NCBI GenBank assembly: GCA_017859655.1
Contig: JAFMMO010000001.1
Location: 1-49,138 of the forward strand
Length of the DNA stretch: 49,138 bases
DNA from: Pseudomonadota bacterium
GTDB lineage: Bacteria; Planctomycetota; UBA8108; UBA1146
Direction of reading: 5' to 3'
Of this stretch, positions 1 to 9,140 are shown piece by piece (the first letter of the stretch is position 1; every line of letters starts with the position of its first letter). Under the pieces are notes generated by a model. It worked only from the letters and a program-made list of their open reading frames with translations, ran no database searches and was not told where the DNA came from. The position numbers and the translations under genes were made by a program.

Positions 1-96
1 CGCCCCCCCCTCCGACCGCCCTCCCCCGCCTCCGACGGGGGCGAGAGCCCCTTCTCCAGCGACGATCGCTCCCCCAGCCGCCGCGACCCCGTCGAA

Positions 97-124
97 TTGA
101 CAGGTAACGGGGCTGCGATACAAT
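97..124 (+). promoter_or_regulatory. Sigma70-type promoter (-35 TTGACA, -10 TACAAT)
   Basis: TTGACA at 97-102, 16-nt spacer, TACAAT at 119-124, in an AT-richer patch about 420 nt upstream of the CDS at 542. Confidence 0.6.
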
Positions 125-541
125 TTGGGCTGTCGAAGACGTCTATCCGTGGGATCGACGCGTTCTCCTCCCTAAAGGCGAACGAAGCCCGATCCACACC
201 CCCGTCGGCTCGTGCTCCCTTGCGTGCCCGCCCGCCTTCGGGCGACGTTCTCTCGATCGGCCCCCGCTCCTTCCGGGTCTGAAGGAGCCAGGGCGTGACT
301 CTCCCGGCGTCGACAGAGAGACGGTCCCCCCGCGAGGCGAGATCCCTCGGGGTGCCACGGCATCGTCCATCCGCCCCTCCGGCGGAGGGCGATGGGTCGG
401 AGCCTGTCCGGAGAGAGTGAAGTGACCTGAGAAGAGTTCCCGACCCGGGCCGCTGCTTCGCTCGCAGGCCGAGTCCGGTGCGGTGTTCGATTCCGAGGCT
501 GGTCCCACCCGTCCTCGGATCAACGGATAAGGAAGAGCGCG

Positions 542-2686
542 ATGCTGCGTCCGTCCCCCCTGACTCTCCCCTCGTGCCGACCGCTGGCCGCGATGCTCAT
601 CGTCATCGCGCTCGTCGTCGGCTCCTCCGCGATCGTCCGGGCCGACAGCTGCGCGGGACCGAACGAGGAGACCGGCTCATGCTCGCTCTCCCTGCGTGAC
701 TACCCGGGAGAGTACCCCTACGCGATGACCGTGGCCGGGACGACCCTCTATGTCGCCGACCTGCTCACCGGGCTCTACTACACCTTCGACGCGACCGACA
801 TCACGGCGCCGGGGGCCCTGGTGCCGCAGGCGGGCCCCATCGGTCCCGCCACCTACACGGGTCTCGCCCACAACACCTCGGACGGCCAGCTCTACTGGCT
901 CGTGGAGGGGAACCTCGGCGCCACGCTGGTGAAGAGCAACCTCGACGGGATGGTCGACACCCTGACCGCCCTCACCCCTCCCACCGCCGGCGGCTTCCTC
1001 TCCGGTCTCGCCTACGCGCCCGACACGAACAGCTTCTGGACCTTCGACATCCTCAACGACCAGCTGCTCAGCTTCTCGGCGGACGGGACCTTCGATCCGG
1101 CCGCGACCCTCGCGAGCCCGGGGACCTCCGCCTTCGGCGGTGCCTCCTACGGGCTCGGCCTGACCATGGTCCCGGCCGACAACCTCATCCCGACGGAGGA
1201 CTTCGACCTCCATGTCGCGGTCGGCTTCCCGAGCGACCTCCGCGCCCAGCGCGTCGAGCGGCTCGATCCGGACTCCCCGGCGAGCCCCGCGTTCGGAATC
1301 TCCTACGACCTCGACTCCTCGAACGACCTCACCGGCTGGATCACCGGCCTCGCCTACAACCCGGCGAACAACTCGCAATTCGTCGCGGACGCGGACCTGA
1401 TGCGCATCGTGGAGGTCCCGTCCCCCACCCTCGCCGTCGGCTCGGTCACCGACCTCGTCTGCCTCGCGCAGCCGAACGATGACGTCGTCCTCACCTGGAG
1501 CCTCCCCTCCCTCTCCACCTACACGAGCGTGGCGATCACCCGGGATGGCGAGCCGCTGACGAACACCACGCCGAGCACCCTCACCTTCACCGATCCCGAT
1601 GTCGCGGCGGGGGCACACCGCTACGGGATCCGCGTCTTCACCTCCGGGGGCGCCGAGCTGCCCGAGCGGACCTGCGATGTGATCGTCGGGTTCGGACGGC
1701 TCCTGAACGCCCGGACCCACGACGGCAGCGGCGCCTTCGCCGCGACGGTGATCGAGAGCACCGGGCAGGTCCTCGTCGCCGACCTCGCGGGCGGCGCAGC
1801 CCACCTCTACCCGAAGACCCTGAGCGGCGCGGGCGTGGCGCTGAGCAGCCCCTTCGCCGGACAGACCTCGGGAGTCGCCTGGAACGCCACCGACGACACC
1901 CTCCTCTGGCATGACGGAGCGGGGCAGCTTCAGAAGACCGACCTCCTCGGAAACGCCATCGGCACCGCGACGACCCTGTTCCCCCTGCCGGCCGAGCCGA
2001 CCGGGGACATCTCCTACTCCGCAGGGACCGGCTCCTACTACGGGATCAGCATCTCCGGCACCGAGTACTTCGAGTTCCTCGAGACCGGCGAGATCATCGC
2101 AACCTGCGCCTTCCCCGCCGTCGACGGTGAGGCGGGGGGCTTCGGCCAGGGGATCGCGGTGGCCACCAACACCACCCCGGTGATCCTGGACGCCCCGATC
2201 GGCCGGGCCTCCGGCGGAAAGACGGACCGGGTCTCCCGCCTGATCGACTGCGTCGACTCCGGGCTCTTCTACGAGACCGTCCCGACCACGCTGAGCGGCG
2301 CGATCGCCGGGATCGCCTGGACCCCGGCGGGCTCGAACGGCTTCGCCTCCGAGTACCTGATCGGATACGACACGAACACGATCTACGAGGTCTCCCTCGA
2401 CCTCTCATCGGTGGGCGATGACTTCCAGCGGGGAGACACCGATGGCGATGGCAGCCGCAACCTCGGAGACGCGGTCTGGCTGCTCCTCTATCTCTTCAAT
2501 GGCGGAGAGCTCTCCTGCCTCGACGCGGGGGATGCCAACGACGACGGCACCGTGAACACCGCGGATGTGATCACGATCCTGAACTTCCTCTTCCAGGGCG
2601 GGATCCCGATCGCGGAGCCCCTGGAGTGCGGATCGGATCCCTCCATCGACGCGCAGGTCTGCGACACCTACGAGTTCTGCGGCTAG
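542..2686 (+). CDS. Secreted protein with two beta-propeller-like regions, a central FN3/Ig-like domain and a C-terminal dockerin-like module
   Basis: Hydrophobic signal peptide (LAAMLIVIALVVGSSAIVRA); repeated GLAY/GVAW/GIAW blade-like motifs; 'VVLTWS..YTSVAITRDG' FN3-like segment; C-terminal FQRGDTDGDG...CLDAGDANDDG; GGAAG RBS. Confidence 0.75.
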   Translation: MLRPSPLTLPSCRPLAAMLIVIALVVGSSAIVRADSCAGPNEETGSCSLSLRDYPGEYPYAMTVAGTTLYVADLLTGLYYTFDATDITAPGALVPQAGPIGPATYTGLAHNTSDGQLYWLVEGNLGATLVKSNLDGMVDTLTALTPPTAGGFLSGLAYAPDTNSFWTFDILNDQLLSFSADGTFDPAATLASPGTSAFGGASYGLGLTMVPADNLIPTEDFDLHVAVGFPSDLRAQRVERLDPDSPASPAFGISYDLDSSNDLTGWITGLAYNPANNSQFVADADLMRIVEVPSPTLAVGSVTDLVCLAQPNDDVVLTWSLPSLSTYTSVAITRDGEPLTNTTPSTLTFTDPDVAAGAHRYGIRVFTSGGAELPERTCDVIVGFGRLLNARTHDGSGAFAATVIESTGQVLVADLAGGAAHLYPKTLSGAGVALSSPFAGQTSGVAWNATDDTLLWHDGAGQLQKTDLLGNAIGTATTLFPLPAEPTGDISYSAGTGSYYGISISGTEYFEFLETGEIIATCAFPAVDGEAGGFGQGIAVATNTTPVILDAPIGRASGGKTDRVSRLIDCVDSGLFYETVPTTLSGAIAGIAWTPAGSNGFASEYLIGYDTNTIYEVSLDLSSVGDDFQRGDTDGDGSRNLGDAVWLLLYLFNGGELSCLDAGDANDDGTVNTADVITILNFLFQGGIPIAEPLECGSDPSIDAQVCDTYEFCG

Positions 2687-2709
2687 CGCGGAGCCCGACC
2701 GAGACCAGT

Positions 2710-2748
2710 GAAGGAGGCCCGGCGCGCGTGGCGCGCCGGGCCTCCTTC
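2710..2748. terminator. Perfect 18-bp hairpin, probable bidirectional terminator
   Basis: gaaggaggcccggcgcgc-gtg-gcgcgccgggcctccttc between convergent genes ending at 2686 and 2781. Confidence 0.65.
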
Positions 2749-2780
2749 GCATCTCCCGCCTGCTCCCGCGGAGTCCGGGG

Positions 2781-3818
2781 TCAGCCGCTTGCGGTCTCCT
2801 CCTCCGGGAGGAGCGCCCGTACGAGGGCGGGGAGGGAGGTGTCGAGGCGGTAGTCCAGCGAGGAGTGATCGTCGTCGAACTCCTCGTAGCGGTGGGAGAC
2901 GCCGAGCGCCGCGAGTCTGCGGTGCAGGATCCGCGCGCCGTGGTGGAGCCGGTACTGATCCCGTCGACCGCAGTCGACGAAGAGGAACCGGAGGGAGCGC
3001 AGCGCCTCGTGGTGCCGCTCGACCATCTCGACGGGATCGTGCGCCAGCCAGCGTGCCCAGCGCTCCGGATCGAGCTCCCCCGTCTCGAGGTCGATGGGGA
3101 GATGGAATCCCAACGGCGCATCCGGATCGGGGTCGTAGGTGGCGGCCATGGCGATCGTCATCAACGCGTGGATCTCGCGCCCCGCGTGCTTCTGCTTCCG
3201 CTCGATCTCGGCGAGGAACTTCTCCACCGATCCCTCATGACGGGCGAGGACATCGACGAGGAGGGGGAAGTCGGGGAGATACCCGTAGAGGAAGTACATG
3301 TCCCCGGAGTGGCAGGCGACCCCGCCCCAGGTCTCCGGGTGGAGCATCCCGTGCACGAGCGCGCCGTAGCCCCCCGAGGACTTTCCGTAGACACCGCGGT
3401 GCTCGCGCCCCGGCAGGGTCCGATATCGACCGTCGATCCAGGGCACGAGCTCCTCCGTGAGATAGGTGGCCCACGGACCGACCGCGCTGGAGTCGATGTA
3501 CTGATTCCCCCCGAGGCGGGTGAAGCAGTCGGGGAGGACGACGATCGCGGGGGCCATGACGCCGGTCCCGATGAGGCGGTCGAGCCGCTCCGGCACATTC
3601 TCACTGAACCCGCTCCAGGAGATCCGCTTCAGACCGCTGCCGGTGAAGCCCGCGAGGTCGTAGAGGACGGGATAGCGCCCCTCCCCCCCGTCGTATCCCG
3701 CCGGCAGATAGACCGCGATCTCACGCGCGGTCGGATCTCCGAGGGGGTTCCCCGCGAGACAGATCGATTCGTGACGGACGAGCTCGACGCGTCCGCATTC
3801 TCCCGTGTGGCGACGCAT
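2781..3818 (-). CDS. Alpha/beta-hydrolase, putative esterase (Fes/enterochelin esterase-like)
   Basis: VYLPAGYD...RYPVLYDL; nucleophile GKSSGG; C-terminal DDDH; ATG at 3818 follows a GAGGAGG RBS. Confidence 0.85.
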   Translation of the reverse strand: MRRHTGECGRVELVRHESICLAGNPLGDPTAREIAVYLPAGYDGGEGRYPVLYDLAGFTGSGLKRISWSGFSENVPERLDRLIGTGVMAPAIVVLPDCFTRLGGNQYIDSSAVGPWATYLTEELVPWIDGRYRTLPGREHRGVYGKSSGGYGALVHGMLHPETWGGVACHSGDMYFLYGYLPDFPLLVDVLARHEGSVEKFLAEIERKQKHAGREIHALMTIAMAATYDPDPDAPLGFHLPIDLETGELDPERWARWLAHDPVEMVERHHEALRSLRFLFVDCGRRDQYRLHHGARILHRRLAALGVSHRYEEFDDDHSSLDYRLDTSLPALVRALLPEEETASG

Positions 3819-4008
3819 GAGGGCCTCCTCCCGCTCCGCCGCCGTTCTACCGAATCGGCCCGAGGAGGGCATCCCCGGGGCGGCCGGAATCCCCCCAACC
3901 GACCGGAAAGGGTACTCCATGGCCGGATCACGGCTAGAATCCGAGACTCGCTCCCTGAAGCCCGGGGACGCCCAAAGCGACCCCACGAGACGGAAGAACG
4001 AGGCTCCG

Positions 4009-5730
4009 ATGACGACTCCGGTCCGAAACTACCTGGCCGCGGACTTCGCCCCGACCGAGCTCCCCGCCATCGAGGCCGTGCTCGCGGAGCTCAACTCTCG
4101 TGAGCTCCCGGATGCCGACGCCCTCGAGGGCTGGTGTCGGGACTACAGCGAGGTCTGCGCCTGCATGGCCGAGGAGGCGGCGCGCCGCTTCGTGGACCAC
4201 ACCTGCCACACCGAGGACGAGGCGATCACCGCCCGCTACATGGAGTGGGTCGAGGAGATCGCGCCCGTGCTGAAGGAGCGCTGCTTCCAGCTCGACCAGA
4301 GGCTCTCCGAGAGCCCCCATCTCGATCAGCTCGATGCCGGGGAGTTCTCGATGTGGATCCGATCCGTGCGGAACTCGAACGAGCTCTTCCGCACCGAGAA
4401 CATCCCCCTCGAGACCGAGGACACGAAGCTCGAGTCGAACTACGACAAGATGATCGGCGCGATGACGGTCGAGTTCGACGGGGAGACGCGGACCCTGCCC
4501 TTCATGGGGCGCGTCCTCGAAGAGACCGACCGGGACCGCCGCGAGCAGGCCTTCCGGGCGATCTGGGACCGCGTCCTCGAGGACGGCGACAGGATCGACG
4601 AGATCTTCGACCGTCAGCTGGAGCTCCGTCAGCAGATGGCGGTGAACGCGGGCTTCGATGAGTACCGAGCGCTCCGCTTCCGCAAGCTGGAGCGCTTCGA
4701 CTACACCCCCGAGGACTGCCTCGAGTTTCACGCCTCGATCGAGGCGGTGGCGGTCCCCCTCGTGCGCAAGCGCCTCGAGCGGCGTCGGGAGCAGCTCGGG
4801 CTCGAGAAGCTCCGCCCGTGGGACACCGCGGTCGACCCCCACGGGCGCGCCCCCCTCCGCCCCTTCGAGGGAGGAGACGCCCTGATCCACGGGTGCCGGC
4901 GGATGTTCCAGCAGGTCGACCCCGCGCTCGGTGAGCACTTCCAGATCCTCATGGACCACGACCTGCTCGACCTCGAGTCGAGGCCGGGGAAGGCGCCGGG
5001 GGGATATCAGTACTCCTTCCAGGAGACCCGCCGCCCGTTCATCTTCATGAACGCGGCCGGGCTCCAGCGGGACGTGGAGACCCTCCTTCACGAGGGGGGT
5101 CACGCGTTCCACTCGATCGAGTCGAACCACCACTCCCTGCTCTTCAACCGCGGGTATCCGATCGAGTTCGCCGAGGTGGCGAGCATGTCGATGGAGCTGC
5201 TCGCGGCGCCCCACCTCGGCGAGTTCTACGGCTCGGAGGAGGAGGTGCGTCGGGCCCGGATCGACCACCTCGAGGGGATCCTGAGCATCTTCCCGTGGGT
5301 CGCGATGATCGACGGGTTCCAGCACTGGCTCTACACCCACCCGGGGCACTCCCGTGACGAGCGCCGCGCGGCCTGGCTGGGGCTCATGGACCGGTTCTCG
5401 ACCGACATCGTCGATTGGACCGGCCTGGAGGAGGTCCGGGCGAGCCGCTGGAAGCGCCAGTCCCACCTCTTCGGTGTGCCCTTCTACTACGTCGAGTACG
5501 CGATCGCGCAGATCGGCTCGCTGCAGGTCTGGAAGAACTACCAGGAGGACCCCGCCGCTGCGGTGTCGCAGTACCGCCACGGGCTCTCCCTGGGGAACAC
5601 CCGCCCTCTCCCCGAGCTCTTCAGCGGCGCGGGGATCCGCTTCGACTTCTCGGAGGGGAACCTGCGGGAGCTGCTCACCCTTGTCGATGCCGAGATCGAG
5701 TCCCTCGAGAACCCGACTTCCGTCGCCTGA
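4009..5730 (+). CDS. M3 family oligoendopeptidase (PepF-like)
   Basis: HEGGH zinc motif, EFAEVASMSME, GKAPGGY, HLFGVPFYYVEYAIA; start re-called at ATG 4009. Confidence 0.92.
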   Translation: MTTPVRNYLAADFAPTELPAIEAVLAELNSRELPDADALEGWCRDYSEVCACMAEEAARRFVDHTCHTEDEAITARYMEWVEEIAPVLKERCFQLDQRLSESPHLDQLDAGEFSMWIRSVRNSNELFRTENIPLETEDTKLESNYDKMIGAMTVEFDGETRTLPFMGRVLEETDRDRREQAFRAIWDRVLEDGDRIDEIFDRQLELRQQMAVNAGFDEYRALRFRKLERFDYTPEDCLEFHASIEAVAVPLVRKRLERRREQLGLEKLRPWDTAVDPHGRAPLRPFEGGDALIHGCRRMFQQVDPALGEHFQILMDHDLLDLESRPGKAPGGYQYSFQETRRPFIFMNAAGLQRDVETLLHEGGHAFHSIESNHHSLLFNRGYPIEFAEVASMSMELLAAPHLGEFYGSEEEVRRARIDHLEGILSIFPWVAMIDGFQHWLYTHPGHSRDERRAAWLGLMDRFSTDIVDWTGLEEVRASRWKRQSHLFGVPFYYVEYAIAQIGSLQVWKNYQEDPAAAVSQYRHGLSLGNTRPLPELFSGAGIRFDFSEGNLRELLTLVDAEIESLENPTSVA

Positions 5731-5815
5731 GACGAACGCCGAACCCGCGGGCCAGCCGGACCCCTGCCCGCGACTCCCCGGGGCATCCCCGGAGAAACCG
5801 GAAAGGAACGACCCG

Positions 5816-6601
5816 ATGAAGATCCTCGCCTCCAAGGTGCGCCTCTGGAGCCTCGCCCTCCCCTTCCTCCTCTCCGCCGCTGCGTGCGACGCCCAGACGA
5901 CCCGCCCGAAGGAGCCGACTCCGCCGCCGGCGGAGAAGCCGGCGGACGATGGCGCGGCGAAGGAGGCGCCGAAGGCGGCCGCGAAGATCGACCCCGCGAT
6001 CCAGGCGGTGCGGGCCGCGATCGCCGGGCACAAGACCGGGGAGACTCCCAAGATCGACACCGCCAAGGCGAACTGGAAGCAGAGCCTGCCGAAGTTCCCC
6101 ACGGTCGCGTTCACCCCCGGCAAGACCTACACCTGGGTCCTCGAGACCTCCGAGGGGACGATCCGCATCAAGCTCCTCCCGGAAGTCGCGCCGAACCATG
6201 TCGCGAACTTCGTCTACCTCTCCGAGCTCGGGTTCTTCGACGGGCTGAAGTTCCACCGGGTGATCAACGGCTTCATGGCCCAGGGGGGCTGCCCCCGCGG
6301 GGACGGCCGGGGGAACCCCGGCTACCGCTTCGCCGGCGAGTACCCGCGTGAGAACGGTCAGCTCAAGGTGAAGCACAGCAAGCCGGGGCTCCTCTCGATG
6401 GCGAACGCCGGTCCCGGGACCGACGGCAGCCAGTTCTTCATCACCTTCGTCCCCACTCCCCACCTCGACGGCAAGCACACGATCTTCGGGGAGGTGGTCG
6501 GCGGCATGGATGTCGTGAAGACGCTGGAGAAGTCGGGGCAGCGCTCCGGCCGACCCCTCAAGGACCTCGGCATCAAGAAGGCCACGATCACGGTCGAGTG
6601 A
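5816..6601 (+). CDS. Cyclophilin-type peptidyl-prolyl isomerase, predicted lipoprotein
   Basis: FHRVINGFMAQGG, LSMANAGPGTDGSQFFIT, HLDGKHTIFG; signal peptide ending LLSAAAC; AAGGA RBS before ATG 5816. Confidence 0.92.
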   Translation: MKILASKVRLWSLALPFLLSAAACDAQTTRPKEPTPPPAEKPADDGAAKEAPKAAAKIDPAIQAVRAAIAGHKTGETPKIDTAKANWKQSLPKFPTVAFTPGKTYTWVLETSEGTIRIKLLPEVAPNHVANFVYLSELGFFDGLKFHRVINGFMAQGGCPRGDGRGNPGYRFAGEYPRENGQLKVKHSKPGLLSMANAGPGTDGSQFFITFVPTPHLDGKHTIFGEVVGGMDVVKTLEKSGQRSGRPLKDLGIKKATITVE

Positions 6602-6650
6602 GGGAGCCCGAGCCCCTCCCGATCCGAACCACTCTCCTGACAGGAGCCCC

Positions 6651-7250
6651 ATGACCACCAGCCATCCGACGATCGACAGCGTCCGGCAGTACATCGAGGA
6701 GCAGAAGTCGAACGGGAGCATCGACACCTCGAGCGACAGCTGGAAGACGCGCCTCCCGCAGTTCCCCACGGTCGACTTCTCCGGTGGGACCTTTCACTGG
6801 GTGATCGAGACCGGCTTCGGCGAGATCCGCGTGAAGCTGATGCCGGAGACCGCGCCGAACCACGTCGCGAACTTCCTCTACCTGACCGAGCTCGGCTTCT
6901 TCGACGACCTCGACTTCCACCGCGTGATCCCGGGGTTCATGGCCCAGGGCGGGTGCCCGCTCGGCACCGGAACCGGGGACCCCGGCTATCGCTTCGCGGG
7001 GGAGTTCGACGGCGGCGTGAAGCATGACCGCGCGGGGCTGCTCTCGATGGCGAACGCCGGTCCGAACACCGACGGCAGCCAGTTCTTCCTGACCTTCACC
7101 CACACGCCCTGGCTCGATGGGAACCACACCATCTTCGGCGAGGTGGTCAGGGGCATGGAGGCGCTCCGTGAGCACGAGAGCCGGGGCACGCGTGATGGCG
7201 CTCCGGTCGAGCCCCTGCCGATGATCCGGGCCCGGATCGAGGTCGAGTAG
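6651..7250 (+). CDS. Cyclophilin-type peptidyl-prolyl isomerase, cytoplasmic paralog
   Basis: FHRVIPGFMAQGG, SMANAGPNTDGSQFF, WLDGNHTIFG; no signal peptide; AGGAG RBS. Confidence 0.93.
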   Translation: MTTSHPTIDSVRQYIEEQKSNGSIDTSSDSWKTRLPQFPTVDFSGGTFHWVIETGFGEIRVKLMPETAPNHVANFLYLTELGFFDDLDFHRVIPGFMAQGGCPLGTGTGDPGYRFAGEFDGGVKHDRAGLLSMANAGPNTDGSQFFLTFTHTPWLDGNHTIFGEVVRGMEALREHESRGTRDGAPVEPLPMIRARIEVE

Positions 7251-7272
7251 CCTCTCGCCTCTCCCGGAAACG

Positions 7273-7313
7273 CAAGGAGGATCGGACCTCGACTCGAGGT
7301 CCGATCCTCCTTG
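7273..7313. terminator. Perfect 19-bp hairpin, probable bidirectional terminator
   Basis: caaggaggatcggacctcg-act-cgaggtccgatcctccttg between convergent genes ending at 7250 and 7388. Confidence 0.7.
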
Positions 7314-7316
7314 TCC

Positions 7317-7366
7317 ATCCCCCTCGCACGATCCCCCTCGCACGATCCGCCGCGCACGATCCGCCG
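7317..7366. repeat. 14-nt tandem repeat (about 3.5 copies)
   Basis: atccccctcgcacg x2, then atccgccgcgcacg, then atccgccg. Confidence 0.7.
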
Positions 7367-7387
7367 AGCCCGACGCCGGGGAATCCC

Positions 7388-7957
7388 TCAGTTCATCCGC
7401 GGATCGATCGGCATCTCCGCGAACCAGGCGGCGCTCCCGCCCAGCCGACGCAGCGCGTCCCGCCACATCCGGCGGGAGTCGGACTCGAAGGCGAGCTCCG
7501 CGCTCGCTCCACCCCGGGCCACGACCCACGCTCCCTGCTCGATCTCCCGCGCGAGCTGCTCCTCGCCCCAGCCGGAGTAGCCGAGGAAGAAGCGGTAGTC
7601 GGACGGATCACCGTCGCCCGCCTCGAGGCGCCGCAGGGAGCCCTCGAGATCGACGAGGAGGTGCAGGTCACGCCCGACCTCCTCGACCGCCTCCTCCGGA
7701 GCCGCCCCGCGACGCAGGCCGAGGAGGCGCCCGTTCTCCACCGGCCCACCCTGGAGGACGCGCTCCTCCCCCGCCGGCCCGCCCGAGAGCGCGGGGAGGA
7801 CGGATCCGAGAGGCACCTCCATCGGGCGGTTCAGGATCAGCCCGAGGCTCCCCTCCGGGCCATGATCGCAGAGGACGATGACGGCGCGGCGGAAGTTCGG
7901 GTCCCCGAGGCCGGGGCTGGCGATGAGAAGGTCGCCCGGAGCGAGCGGGACGGTCAT
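7388..7957 (-). CDS. YqgE/AlgH family protein (DUF179)
   Basis: LLIASPGLGDPNFRRAVIVLCDH..GSLGLILNRP, QGGPV, FFLGYSGWGEEQLAREIEQGAW; ATG at 7957 with GGAGAG RBS. Confidence 0.92.
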   Translation of the reverse strand: MTVPLAPGDLLIASPGLGDPNFRRAVIVLCDHGPEGSLGLILNRPMEVPLGSVLPALSGGPAGEERVLQGGPVENGRLLGLRRGAAPEEAVEEVGRDLHLLVDLEGSLRRLEAGDGDPSDYRFFLGYSGWGEEQLAREIEQGAWVVARGGASAELAFESDSRRMWRDALRRLGGSAAWFAEMPIDPRMN

Positions 7958-8042
7958 GGACTCTCCTGTCGACGGACGAGGACTGTAAGGGTTCACCGCT
8001 CGGAGAGGGAGAGGTTCGCTCCCCGACCCCGGTCGGACCCTC

Positions 8043-9140
8043 TCAGCCACTCTCCGCCCGCGCCTCGAGCGCGTCGTGCCAGCGATGGAGCGCGACGAGC
8101 GAGGTGAGGTCGATCCGGTTGTGATGGGTGACGGGGACGAGGAGGGAGCTGGGCGCGCCGGCGCTGACATCGCGGAAGCGGAGCGGCACCTCGCGACCGG
8201 GGACATCCGGGCCGGTCCGCTCCTTGCCAAGAAGCTGGCGCTCCGCCCGCCCGAGGGAGCAGTCCTCCCACTCCCTTCGATGCCGGCGGCGGACCTCCAG
8301 GAGGAGATCGAGGTGCTCCAGCGTCTCTCCCGGCGACGGCAGGCGGTGCCACGCGAGCCGACGCCGGAGAAAGGGGAGGTCGAAGGTCCGCCCGTTGTAG
8401 GTGACGAGCAGCGTGGCTCCCTCCAACTCATCGAGGAGCTTCTCGAGCAGCGCCCGCTCCTGGGCGGCGTCGAAGGAGAAGAGCTGACGGATGCGGAGGC
8501 CGCCACGCTCCGGGCGGGCGATCCCCGCGAGGGCGATCTGCGCCTGCACTCCCAGCCCGGTCGTCTCGAGGTCGAAGTAGCGCACCTCCTCTCCGAAGGG
8601 GAGCCGGTCGGGGAAGTCCGGAGAGAAGTGATCGGACGGGGCGGTCGCCGGATCCACCCACTCGTCGACCTCCAGCGTCGCGGGATCGGGCCCGCCCCGG
8701 GAGCGCGCGACCGCCCGCCCCTCGACGCCCGCCATCCCCGCTTCGCCTGCCCCCCCCTCGCGGGCCCCGCTCCGGCGCGCCGCGCGCAGCCGGGACGCGC
8801 GGCGACGCGCCTCCCGGTCGAGGCGGGTCAGCGGGGAGCCCGGCCCCCGTCCGCTCCCCTCCGCTCCGGGAGCAGGCCCCTCCTCCGCCGGCGGCCTCTC
8901 CTGCCGCGCCCGCTCCCGCGCGGGCCCCAGCGGATCGACCGTCGGGCGGACGGGGACCCCGCCCCCGCGGAGGTCGCACGGGCTCGCGGGCGTCACCGCG
9001 CCGCGCTCCGCGGGAGGCGCCACCCGGTCGGGGGCTACGGGAGCCTCGTGCGCCCTCGCCTCCCCCCCCTTCGTCGCTCGCAGCGCGGCGAGGCGATCCT
9101 GAAGCTCGCGCCGTCGCCTCGGGAGAGCACCTCCCATCAA
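8043..9140 (-). CDS. YprB/MrfB-like RNase H-fold (DEDD) exonuclease with a low-complexity N-terminus
   Basis: YFDLETTGL, VTYNGRTFDLPFL, HLDLL, HNRIDL; start overlaps the helicase stop codon. Confidence 0.85.
   Translation of the reverse strand: MMGGALPRRRRELQDRLAALRATKGGEARAHEAPVAPDRVAPPAERGAVTPASPCDLRGGGVPVRPTVDPLGPARERARQERPPAEEGPAPGAEGSGRGPGSPLTRLDREARRRASRLRAARRSGAREGGAGEAGMAGVEGRAVARSRGGPDPATLEVDEWVDPATAPSDHFSPDFPDRLPFGEEVRYFDLETTGLGVQAQIALAGIARPERGGLRIRQLFSFDAAQERALLEKLLDELEGATLLVTYNGRTFDLPFLRRRLAWHRLPSPGETLEHLDLLLEVRRRHRREWEDCSLGRAERQLLGKERTGPDVPGREVPLRFRDVSAGAPSSLLVPVTHHNRIDLTSLVALHRWHDALEARAESG

Noticed and set aside
478..512. GTTCGATTCC resembling a tRNA or tmRNA T-loop (possible selC or ssrA)
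   Set aside because: The flanks do not form a 5-bp T-stem, and there is no acceptor-stem pairing, UCA anticodon arm or CCA end.
7317..7366. Short direct repeats as a possible CRISPR array
   Set aside because: They are contiguous 14-nt units with no spacers, and no cas genes are present.
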